Shown here: in pieces, positions 56,286 to 64,000 of the stretch
How positions within the stretch are numbered: position 1 is the stretch's first letter
Layout: every line of letters begins with the position of its first letter
Assembly: GCA_041484665.1 (NCBI GenBank)
Contig: JBGPIA010000003.1
Coordinates: forward strand, 32,001-96,000
DNA length: 64,000 nt
Source: Candidatus Krumholzibacteriia bacterium
GTDB taxonomy: Bacteria > Krumholzibacteriota > Krumholzibacteriia > JAJRXK01
Direction: 5' to 3'
Notes under the pieces: generated by a model
What the model saw: only the letters and a program-made list of their open reading frames with translations
Database searches by the model: none
Told to the model about the DNA's origin: nothing
Made by a program: the position numbers and the translations under genes

Positions 56286-57251
56286 TCACTGCACGCGGAT
56301 GCGCGGGTCGAGCCACGCGTACGCCAGGTCGGCGAGCAGGCTCCCCAAGACGACGAGCGCGCCCGACAAGAGCGTCGTCGCCAGGATCACGGGCACGTCA
56401 CGCCCCAGCATCGCCTCGACGGTCACCCGGCCCATGCCCGGCCACGCGAAGATCCACTCGGTCACCACCGCGCCACTGAGCAGGAACGGAAGGCTCAGCC
56501 CCGCCAGCGTGACCAGCGGGATGGCCGCGTTGCGCAGCCCGTGCTTGAGCAACACGCGCCAGGGGTGCAGGCCCTTTGCGCGAGCGGTGCGCATGTACTC
56601 CTGTTGGAGCACCTCCAGCATCGAACTGCGCATGAAGCGCGCCGTACCCGCCGCCCCGGCCAGCCCCAGCACGAGCATCGGGAGGAGCACGTGGCGGAAC
56701 GACGAGGTGAACCAGGGCCAGATCGTCGCCACGGTCAGCGGGACATCGCCACTGCCGGTGCTGGGCAGCCAGCGCAGCTTGTAGGCGAACAAGAGCTGCA
56801 GCATCAGGGCCAGCCAGAAGCTGGGCATGCTGTAGATGGCCAGCGAGGCGATGGTGGTCGCGCGGTCGATCCAGCCGCCGCGCTGCGCCGCGCACAGCAC
56901 GCCCAGCGCCGTCCCCAGCCCCAGGTCCAGGAGCAGCGCCAGCCCCGCCAGCCGCAGGGTCATGGGCACGGCGTCGGCCAGCAGCTCGGCCACCGGGCGG
57001 TGGTAGCGCAAGCTCACGCCCAGGTCGCCGCGCAAGAGCCTCGCCAGCCAGTGCCCGTACTGCACGTGCAGAGGCAGGTCGAGCCCGTAGTGGGCGCGTA
57101 GGGCCTGGGCGTCGGCGGGCGTGCTGGTCACGTCGAGCATCAGGTCCAGCGGCTCGCCGGGCGCCAGGTGGATCATCGCGAACGTGAGGGTGGCCACGCC
57201 CCACAGCAGCAGGACCGAGCTCAAGAGGCGGCGAAGCGTGTAGCGCAGCAT
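56286..57251 (-). CDS. oppB: peptide ABC permease (OppB/DppB)
   Basis: YGLD.P..VQY..WL..L..GDLG.S, EY.RTARAKGL, H.LRNA, E.IF.WPG.G. Confidence 0.93.
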   Translation of the reverse strand: MLRYTLRRLLSSVLLLWGVATLTFAMIHLAPGEPLDLMLDVTSTPADAQALRAHYGLDLPLHVQYGHWLARLLRGDLGVSLRYHRPVAELLADAVPMTLRLAGLALLLDLGLGTALGVLCAAQRGGWIDRATTIASLAIYSMPSFWLALMLQLLFAYKLRWLPSTGSGDVPLTVATIWPWFTSSFRHVLLPMLVLGLAGAAGTARFMRSSMLEVLQQEYMRTARAKGLHPWRVLLKHGLRNAAIPLVTLAGLSLPFLLSGAVVTEWIFAWPGMGRVTVEAMLGRDVPVILATTLLSGALVVLGSLLADLAYAWLDPRIRVQ

Positions 57252-57415
57252 GGGTTCGAGCGGATGCGGCCGAGGTCAAGGTGCAAGCCGCGCCCGGGGT
57301 GGGTCAAGCGGGAACCGGCCCCCCGATCCGGGCTCAAGTTCCCGGCGCCGCTGCCGATCCCCTCAGACGACGCGCCTTCCTGGTGTTCATCCTCACCCTA
57401 TGCCGGGAGCGTCGC

Positions 57416-59443
57416 TTGCGCGCAACCATCGTCTCCGCCGCGGCGCTGACCGCCGCGGTGTGCCTGGCCGGGCTCTCAGCGTGCTCCATCCAGGAGCCGA
57501 AGCTCCCCACCTTCCAGACCGAGCTGGCGATCCCGCTGGGGACGCTGCGCTACGGCGTGGATGAGCTGCTGCGCCACGAGCCGGCGCTGGTGACCGGGCA
57601 GGAAGGCTCGCTGTCCCTGCAGTTTTCGGGCAGCATCGATTCGGTCGCCGTCGGCAACCGCCTGGATCTCGCCGTAGGAGGCCGCTCGGTCGCCGCGTCC
57701 ATCGGCGTGATCACCCTCGACCCCGCCCCGCCCGCTGCGTATACCTTCCGCCTGGGAACGCTGTACCCGCCGGCGGAGGCAGCGCAGGGACCGTTCTTGC
57801 CCGTTCCGCCGTTCGCGTTCTTTGCGCCATCGCCCGCCTCGGACCTGCCAGGCTTCACCAGGGCGTCGGTGGTCGCGGGCGGCCTGGACGTGCGCATCCA
57901 CAACGGCCTGCCGGTCCCCGTCGGCGGCCCTTCGCCGCCGGAGCGCATGGAGCTGCGCTTGATCGATCCGGCGCTGGGCAGCGACGTGGCGGCCTTGCTG
58001 CTCGACGTGGCGATCCCGGCGAACGGTGAGGAGGAGCGCTTCCTGGACCTGGCCGGGACGATGTTGCCCGACAGCCTGCGCGTGCAGATCGAAGGCGGCA
58101 GCCCCGGATCCTACGGCACGCCGGTCGCGATCGATCCGGAGGTCGCGCTCTCGGTCACGGTACAGATCCAGTCGCTACAGGTCGACTCCGCGCAAGCCCC
58201 CATCGGCGCGCGCAGCTTCGGCGACAGCTCCCAGGTGGCGCTGCCGGACTCCATCCGCGTGCTGCAGGCCACCCTCGCCAGCGGCGCGCTGCAACTGCAG
58301 CTGTCGAGCGATCTCCCGCTCCCGGTGCGGGCGCGCCTGACGCTGCCGCAGGTGCGCGACGCGCAGGGCGCGACCATCGAAGTCGAGGTGCCGCTGGCGG
58401 CAGCCGGGACCGGCCTGGCGAGCGTCGACCTCGCCCAGGCCACGCTCGATTTCGGAGCGCAGCCCGGGCAATCGCTCACCATCCGCACGGTCGTCGATAC
58501 GCCGGGCTCGCAGGGAGCCAGCGTGTGGGTCACCGCGGGGCAGCGCGTGGCCGCCACGGTGGCGCCCCTGTCGCTCTCGTTTGCGCGGGTCGTGGGCGTG
58601 CTGCAACCGCAGCAGACGCTCCTGGCACAGACCCAGATCGACCTGCCAATCCCCCGGGACCTACCCACGCTCACGTTGGCGCAGGCGCAGCTCACGCTGC
58701 TGCTGCGCAGCGCCGTCGACCTGCCGGGGACCATCGACCTCCATCTGGAGGGGCGCAGCGACCATGGCGTGGTGGTCCCGATGGACCTGCGGCTCGACCT
58801 CGCCGCCGGCCAGGGCGAAGCGCAGGGAGTGCGCAGTTATATGTTCGACGCCGGCAACAGCGGTCTGCTGGCGTTTCTCGACAACCTGCCGGTATCGATG
58901 CTGGTCAGCGGCATGGCGACCGTGGGGGACGGCGTGACGGCCGGCACCATCGCACGCGGCGACGGGCTGGTTGCTTCGTACCGGATCGACGCTCCGCTCA
59001 CGTTGTCGTTGGCGCCGCAAACGCTCCGCATCGATCCGCGGCGGCTCGCCCTGGGCGAGGACGCCCGGCGGCGCATCGGAGAGCGCGTGCTCGGCGCGAG
59101 CCTCCAGGCCGAGGTATCGAGCACGCTGCCGGTGGCCGCCCGCGTGTTCATCGGACTGGATCCCGACTCCAGCGCGGTGCACGACGCCCCGCGCATCAGG
59201 CTGGGCCCCATCGACCTGCCGGCCGCCGGCGCGTTCGAGGGCGGGAGTCGCCAGCCGGCGGTGGCCACCACGCTGCTCGCGCTGGACGACGCCGACGTGC
59301 TGCTGCTGGCGGATCAGGACGTCTACCAGGGTGTACGCATCGAATTGCCCGGGACCAACGGTCAGACCGTGACCTTGCACGCGAGCGACGGCGTGGAGGT
59401 GCGCGGCCTCCTGCGCGCCCGTGTACGCCTCGGAAAGGACTGA
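57416..59443 (+). CDS. large beta-rich lipoprotein of unknown function
   Basis: Lipobox LSA|C; TTG start with GGGAG; four similar beta-rich segments. Confidence 0.7.
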   Translation: MRATIVSAAALTAAVCLAGLSACSIQEPKLPTFQTELAIPLGTLRYGVDELLRHEPALVTGQEGSLSLQFSGSIDSVAVGNRLDLAVGGRSVAASIGVITLDPAPPAAYTFRLGTLYPPAEAAQGPFLPVPPFAFFAPSPASDLPGFTRASVVAGGLDVRIHNGLPVPVGGPSPPERMELRLIDPALGSDVAALLLDVAIPANGEEERFLDLAGTMLPDSLRVQIEGGSPGSYGTPVAIDPEVALSVTVQIQSLQVDSAQAPIGARSFGDSSQVALPDSIRVLQATLASGALQLQLSSDLPLPVRARLTLPQVRDAQGATIEVEVPLAAAGTGLASVDLAQATLDFGAQPGQSLTIRTVVDTPGSQGASVWVTAGQRVAATVAPLSLSFARVVGVLQPQQTLLAQTQIDLPIPRDLPTLTLAQAQLTLLLRSAVDLPGTIDLHLEGRSDHGVVVPMDLRLDLAAGQGEAQGVRSYMFDAGNSGLLAFLDNLPVSMLVSGMATVGDGVTAGTIARGDGLVASYRIDAPLTLSLAPQTLRIDPRRLALGEDARRRIGERVLGASLQAEVSSTLPVAARVFIGLDPDSSAVHDAPRIRLGPIDLPAAGAFEGGSRQPAVATTLLALDDADVLLLADQDVYQGVRIELPGTNGQTVTLHASDGVEVRGLLRARVRLGKD

Positions 59444-59444
59444 C

Positions 59445-60719
59445 GTGGGCTTGCGCAAACATTACATCAGCGTTGCGGGTCTCCTGATGGGGATGCTCGC
59501 GGCCGCAGCCCCGCGGCCCGCGGGGGCCGGCCTCGGCTCCTCGGTGCGCGCGCTGGGCATGGGGGGGGCGTACACCGCGCTCGCGCGCGGCATCGACGCG
59601 CCGCAGTGGAATCCGGCCAACCTGGCGCTCACCGCGCCAGGACGGGTCTCGGTGGGGCTCTTGGCGGGCGCAGCCACGGTGGACAACAACTCCTTCTCGC
59701 TGGGTCTGTACAACCGGCTGACCGGCGCGGACCTCAACGATCAGGACAAGCTCGACATCCTGGCGGCGATCCCCCCCGAGGGGATGGCGGCCACCGCGGA
59801 CGCGACGGCCAGTGCCTTGGGCCTGCAGCTCTCCCACTTCGCGTTCACCGTAAGCGGTCGCGCCGCCGCGCGCAGCAACGTGCCCCACGACGCGTTCACG
59901 CTTCTGTTGTTCGGCAACGCCGCAGCCGATTCGGTAACCCTGGACGATGCCGCTGTCGAGGCGTACGCCCTGGCGAGCGTGGCGCTGAGCGGCGCCACCA
60001 CCGTGCTGGGCAGCGCCGAGCGCGGGCTGCACGTGGGGCTGAGCCTGCGGTACCTTCACGGGATCGCCTACGGGCGGCTGACCCAGGCCGCCGGCGCGTT
60101 GCTGACCCGCCCCACCGGCGTCTTCGGCCAGGCCGTGGCCGAAGCCATCACCACCGGCTCTGGCGACGGCGTTGGCGTCGACCTGGGCCTGGCCGCCACC
60201 GCGGGGCGCTGGACGGGCGGGCTGATGGTGGAGAACGCCTTCGCCCAGATCGCCTTCAACCGCGACGTCGAGCGGCGCACCTGGACCGTGGCGCTCGACA
60301 CGGTCACCGTCTCCACGCTGCAGAACCAAGGCAATCTCGACCACCTCGTCACCCACGGCGAGAGCGTGCGCGAGGCCGGACCGGTCGTGGTGACGCTGCC
60401 GCGCGTGGTCAGTCTCGGACTGGGGCGGACCGGACGGCTGGCGTCTGTGGCCGTGGATCTCTCCCAGGGCTTCGCCGAGCGTGCCGGCAGCGACACCGCC
60501 ACGCGATTGTCGGCGGGGCTCGAGCTGTTCCCTGCACGCGTGGTATCGCTGCGCGCGGGGGCCGCGGCGGGTGGCGCCTCGGGCTGGAGTGCGTCCGCAG
60601 GCCTGGGGCTGCGGCTGCTTGCGGTGCGCATCGACCTCGCCGCCGCCACCCATGGCGCATTGGTGCCGGGCAGCCCGCGGGGCGTCTCGGCGGCGGTGGG
60701 CCTGGGGCTGGGGTTCTAG
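59445..60719 (+). CDS. FadL/PorV/TraF_2(DUF5723)-like outer-membrane barrel
   Basis: Signal peptide, RALGMGGAYTA......WNPANL, LP...SLG, C-terminal LRAG...G.G...IDLA...GLGF. Confidence 0.7.
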   Translation: MGLRKHYISVAGLLMGMLAAAAPRPAGAGLGSSVRALGMGGAYTALARGIDAPQWNPANLALTAPGRVSVGLLAGAATVDNNSFSLGLYNRLTGADLNDQDKLDILAAIPPEGMAATADATASALGLQLSHFAFTVSGRAAARSNVPHDAFTLLLFGNAAADSVTLDDAAVEAYALASVALSGATTVLGSAERGLHVGLSLRYLHGIAYGRLTQAAGALLTRPTGVFGQAVAEAITTGSGDGVGVDLGLAATAGRWTGGLMVENAFAQIAFNRDVERRTWTVALDTVTVSTLQNQGNLDHLVTHGESVREAGPVVVTLPRVVSLGLGRTGRLASVAVDLSQGFAERAGSDTATRLSAGLELFPARVVSLRAGAAAGGASGWSASAGLGLRLLAVRIDLAAATHGALVPGSPRGVSAAVGLGLGF

Positions 60720-61522
60720 GGCCCAAGCCGCGCGTCGAGGCTGTTCGCCGCGCGCGCAGCGCTGCCCAGGCGCGCGCCGAGCTCGGCGGCCAGGCGCGTG
60801 ACCAGCTCTCCGCCCGTCAGATCGGCCAGCCCCAGCGCGCGCAGATCGGTGGTGTGGCGCGCGAGCAGATCGCGCTCGCGGGCGCAGGCCGCAGCGCCAG
60901 GCGCGGGCAGTGGGACCGTGGGAGCGTCCAGCGCGCCCGCGCGAGCGAGCTCCAGCAGGCGCACGTGCTCGGGACCGGCGAGGATGCTCCCGTGCTGGAG
61001 GAACCCGCGCCGCCCGCGCCGCAGCGCGCTGCCCACCAGCTTGCGCCCCCCCACGGCGATCTCATGGCCGCCCACGCCCGAGAAGCAGGCGAAGCCGCCC
61101 GGCCGTCCCTCGCCCGCCATGCGCGCGTCGATCCCCAGCCCGCGCAGCGCCGCAGCCAGGCACTCGCCCAACGCGGCATAGATCTCCGGGATACGGCGGC
61201 CGATCTGCGGCAGGCCCAGCGGGCCGGCGATGGCGTACGTCCACTCGTTCCAGTGCAGGACCGCGCCGCCGCCGGTGGGCCGGCGCACCACGTCGATGCC
61301 GCGGGCGCGCGCAGCCTCGAGGTCGACGCCGTCGAGCGCCTGGTGGAAGCCCAGCGAGAGGGTGGGCGGATCCCAGCCGTAGACGCGCAGGAGCACCACC
61401 GGATGTGGCGAGCGCTCCACCGCGCGCAGCATGGCGCGGTCGCGCTCCATGTTGGCGGCGCCGGTGCGCGCGCCTTCGAACGCGTAGACGAGCTCCACGG
61501 GCATGCTTGGCGCGCTCGGCAT
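60716..61522 (-). CDS. lipoate-protein ligase/octanoyltransferase (LipM/LplA family)
   Basis: NM..D, LR.Y.W..PTLSLG..Q, VVRRPTGGGAVLH, CF, RKLVGSA, LQHGSI; start 61522 or 61504. Confidence 0.9.
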   Translation of the reverse strand: MPSAPSMPVELVYAFEGARTGAANMERDRAMLRAVERSPHPVVLLRVYGWDPPTLSLGFHQALDGVDLEAARARGIDVVRRPTGGGAVLHWNEWTYAIAGPLGLPQIGRRIPEIYAALGECLAAALRGLGIDARMAGEGRPGGFACFSGVGGHEIAVGGRKLVGSALRRGRRGFLQHGSILAGPEHVRLLELARAGALDAPTVPLPAPGAAACARERDLLARHTTDLRALGLADLTGGELVTRLAAELGARLGSAARAANSLDARLGP

Positions 61523-61589
61523 GCTGGGCGTGTGCAGGGGGCGGGGTCCGCGCGGCGTACCGGGTGAGCCGCGTACGCCGGCCCCGGGC

Positions 61590-61970
61590 CTAGGCGTCCT
61601 CGCCGAGCACGTCGGCGTACTCCTGCGCGCTGAGCAGCTCGGCCTCGTCGACTTGCTCGACGGTCATGCGCAGCAGCCAGCCGTCGCCGAAGGGATCCTC
61701 GTTGACGCGCTGGGGGGTGTCGGCGAGCGCCGGGTTGACGTCGATCACCTCGCCCGTGACCGGGGCGTAGACCTCCTCCACGGCCTTGACCGTCTCGATC
61801 GTGCCGAACGCCTCGCCAGCACGCAGGCGGCGGCCCACCTCCGGCAGCTCGATGTACACGATGTCCCCCAACTCGCCTGCTGCGAAGTCGGTGATCCCCA
61901 CGACGCCCTCGCCGTTCTCGATGCGGATCCACTCGTGCTCTTTGGTGTACCGCACGTCCGCAGGCCTCAT
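61590..61970 (-). CDS. gcvH: glycine cleavage H protein
   Basis: YTKEHEW, GITDFA..ELGDIVY, ETVKA lipoyl-Lys, VNEDP.GDGW. Confidence 0.98.
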   Translation of the reverse strand: MRPADVRYTKEHEWIRIENGEGVVGITDFAAGELGDIVYIELPEVGRRLRAGEAFGTIETVKAVEEVYAPVTGEVIDVNPALADTPQRVNEDPFGDGWLLRMTVEQVDEAELLSAQEYADVLGEDA

Positions 61971-61984
61971 CTCGCCTCCTTGTC

Positions 61985-63094
61985 TCAGTCCTTCACGCGG
62001 GTCGGCACGAACGGGACCGCCGTGATCTCGGCTTGGTGCAACTTGCCGCGCACGTCCACCGAGAGCGGCGCTGCTGCGGGATCCCGCTCCAGGCGGGCCA
62101 GCGCGATGCCGCGCTGGAGGGTCGGGCTGAAGGTCCCGCTCGTCACGCGTCCGATGGGCTCCCCGCCGCAGTGCACCACCGCGCCCTGCCGAGCGATGGC
62201 ACGCTCTTGGAGCAGCAGGCCGATCGTGCGCGCAGCCACACCCTGCTGCTGGTGGCGCACAAGCGCGTCGCGCCCGATGAACGCGCGCCCCTCCAGCTTC
62301 ACCACCCAGCCAATCCCCGCCTCGAAAGGAGTGGTCTCCTCGTCGAGCTCGTGGCCATAGAGGCAGTAGCCCGCCTCCAAGCGCAGCGTGTCCCGCGCGC
62401 CCAGACCTACCGGCGCGAGCGCCTGCGCGCGCCCGGCCGCCACGAGCTCCTCCCAGAAGAGCAGCGCCTTGGCCGCAGGGGCGTAGAGCTCGTAGCCGCG
62501 CTCGCCCGTGTAGCCGGTCCGGCTGAGCAGGCAGCCGGCCCCATCCAGCGTCAGCGTGAAGGCGCGGTAGTATGCCAGCTCGCGCAGCTGCGCCAGGTGC
62601 TCGCGCAGGCGCGGCCAGGCCCCCATCACGGCGAGCGAACGCGGTCCCTGCACGGCGATCAGCGCCGTCGCATCGCTGTCGTCCTCGAGTTGCGCGCCGG
62701 GCGCGAGGTGGTCGCGCATCCAGGCCACGACCTTGTTACGGTTGCTGGCGTTGGCCACCACCAGGAAGCGCGCGTCGTCCAGGCAGTAGACGATCAGATC
62801 GTCGAGCACGGTCCCCCGCTCGTTGCACAACGCGGTGTAGACGGCCCGGCCGGGTGCGAGCGTAGCAATATTGTTGGTGACCAGGCGGTCGAGGGCGGCG
62901 CGGGCGCCGGCGCCCAGCAGGGCGATCTCGGCCATGTGGCTGATGTCGAAGATGCCGCAGGCCTGGCGCACGGCGCGGTGCTCGGCCATGACGCCCTCGT
63001 ACTGCACGGGCATCAGATAGCCCGCGAAATCCACCATCCTGCCGCCATGCTGCTCGTGCCACGCGGTGAGCGGGGTGCGTCGGAGCTCGGTCAT
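61985..63094 (-). CDS. gcvT: glycine cleavage T protein (aminomethyltransferase)
   Basis: RTPL, FAGY.MPVQY, FDISHM, SRTGYTGE.GYE, GLGARDTLRLEAG..LYG. Confidence 0.98.
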   Translation of the reverse strand: MTELRRTPLTAWHEQHGGRMVDFAGYLMPVQYEGVMAEHRAVRQACGIFDISHMAEIALLGAGARAALDRLVTNNIATLAPGRAVYTALCNERGTVLDDLIVYCLDDARFLVVANASNRNKVVAWMRDHLAPGAQLEDDSDATALIAVQGPRSLAVMGAWPRLREHLAQLRELAYYRAFTLTLDGAGCLLSRTGYTGERGYELYAPAAKALLFWEELVAAGRAQALAPVGLGARDTLRLEAGYCLYGHELDEETTPFEAGIGWVVKLEGRAFIGRDALVRHQQQGVAARTIGLLLQERAIARQGAVVHCGGEPIGRVTSGTFSPTLQRGIALARLERDPAAAPLSVDVRGKLHQAEITAVPFVPTRVKD

Positions 63095-63104
63095 GGCCGT
63101 CCAC

Positions 63105-64000
63105 TCAGAGGCCCGGGCCCGCGGGCCGTAGGGCCGTACCAGCGAAGGTGCGGCGCAGCATGGCGCCGGTGTGAGATCGCGGACACTCTACGACCGCGCT
63201 CACGGGGCCGGCAACCACGATCTCCCCGCCGTCGGCGCCCCCCTCGGGGCCCAGATCGATCACGTGGTCGGCGGCCGCGATCATGTCGGGATGGTGCTCG
63301 ATCACCAGGACCGTGCTCCCCTTGTCCACCAGGCGTTGCAACACCGTGAGCAGCAGGTCCACGTCCTGGAAGTGCAGACCGGTGGTGGGCTCATCCAGCA
63401 AGTAGAGCGTGTCGGCGCCCGCGGGGCGGCTCAGCTCGCGAGCGAGCTTGATGCGCTGCGCTTCCCCCCCGCTGAGCGTGTCCGCCGGCTGCCCCAGCGC
63501 GAGATATCCCAGCCCTACGGCTTCCATCGTCTCGAGGATGCGGCGGATGGGCGGCACGTTCACCAGCACCTGCTTGGCCTCCTCCACGTTGTGCTCGAGC
63601 AGATCGGCGATCGAGCGGCCCTTCCAGGTCACCTCCAGCGTCTGCTGGTTGAAGCGCCGTCCCTTGCACGCGTCGCAGCGGACATGCACCTCGGGCAGGA
63701 AGTCCATGGCGAGCACGCGCACTCCGGCGCCGCGGCACGCCTCGCAGCGCCCGCCCTCGGTGTTGAAGCTGAAGCGCCCCGGTGTGAATCCGCGTGCCTT
63801 CGCCGAGGGAGTCGACGCCAGCAACTTGCGCAGGTGGAGGTACACGCCCGTAAACGTCGCCGGTGTGCTGCGCGAGGAGCGCCCGATCGCATGCTGGTCG
63901 ATGAGCACGACCTTGCTCAGGTGCGCCGTGCCCTCGATGCCCCGATGCGGGCCGGGCTCGGCGGCGGCGCGGTGGTACAGGCGCGCCAGCGCCCGATGGA
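63105..64000 (-). CDS. uvrA: excinuclease ABC subunit A, C-terminal part (5' end outside the window)
   Basis: IDQ..IGR..RS.PAT, FSFN..GGRCE.C.G, LGQPA.TLSGGEAQRIKLA, LDEPTTGLH, IDLGPEGG..GG. Confidence 0.95.
   Translation of the reverse strand, partial: HRALARLYHRAAAEPGPHRGIEGTAHLSKVVLIDQHAIGRSSRSTPATFTGVYLHLRKLLASTPSAKARGFTPGRFSFNTEGGRCEACRGAGVRVLAMDFLPEVHVRCDACKGRRFNQQTLEVTWKGRSIADLLEHNVEEAKQVLVNVPPIRRILETMEAVGLGYLALGQPADTLSGGEAQRIKLARELSRPAGADTLYLLDEPTTGLHFQDVDLLLTVLQRLVDKGSTVLVIEHHPDMIAAADHVIDLGPEGGADGGEIVVAGPVSAVVECPRSHTGAMLRRTFAGTALRPAGPGL

Noticed and set aside
1..64000. CRISPR array, rRNA or long tandem DNA repeats
   Set aside because: None seen; all intergenic gaps are short and lack regularly spaced repeats.

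Overview
High-GC bacterial chromosome segment, mostly on the minus strand and mostly housekeeping. In minus-strand transcription order it holds: uvrA (partial)-gcvT-gcvH-lipoate ligase; oppBCDF; an envelope cluster (TonB-dependent receptor, T9SS-CTD-like secreted protein, PorV-like barrel, GWxTD protein | ExbB-ExbD-ExbD | TolC, ABC ATPase, second GWxTD protein, NlpC/P60, rhomboid); radC-mreBCD-mrdA-rodA-pmbA-aroE-comF-pgk-tpiA-secG-tRNA-Leu(GAG); an apparently intact class C group II intron (20334-22184) inserted just after the tRNA terminator hairpin; a tiny Lys/Arg-rich gene with a structured leader; EF-G paralogue-yebC-ruvCAB-queA-tgt-yajC-def-fmt-rsmB-PASTA-rpe; ffh-rpsP-khpA-rimM-trmD-rplS-rnhB-yraN; and an S8 peptidase running off the left edge. 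The plus strand carries an outer-membrane barrel, an aspartokinase and a lipoprotein + FadL/PorV-like barrel pair. Gene content (PorV, GWxTD, PASTA-only protein) suggests a diderm of the FCB neighbourhood (Eisenbacteria/Latescibacterota/Krumholzibacteriota-like); this is an inference only. The best candidate for an undescribed system is the receptor-cargo-PorV-GWxTD-ExbBD envelope cluster (about 36000-52970). All calls come from reading motifs by eye, with no database searches, and several start codons are best guesses.
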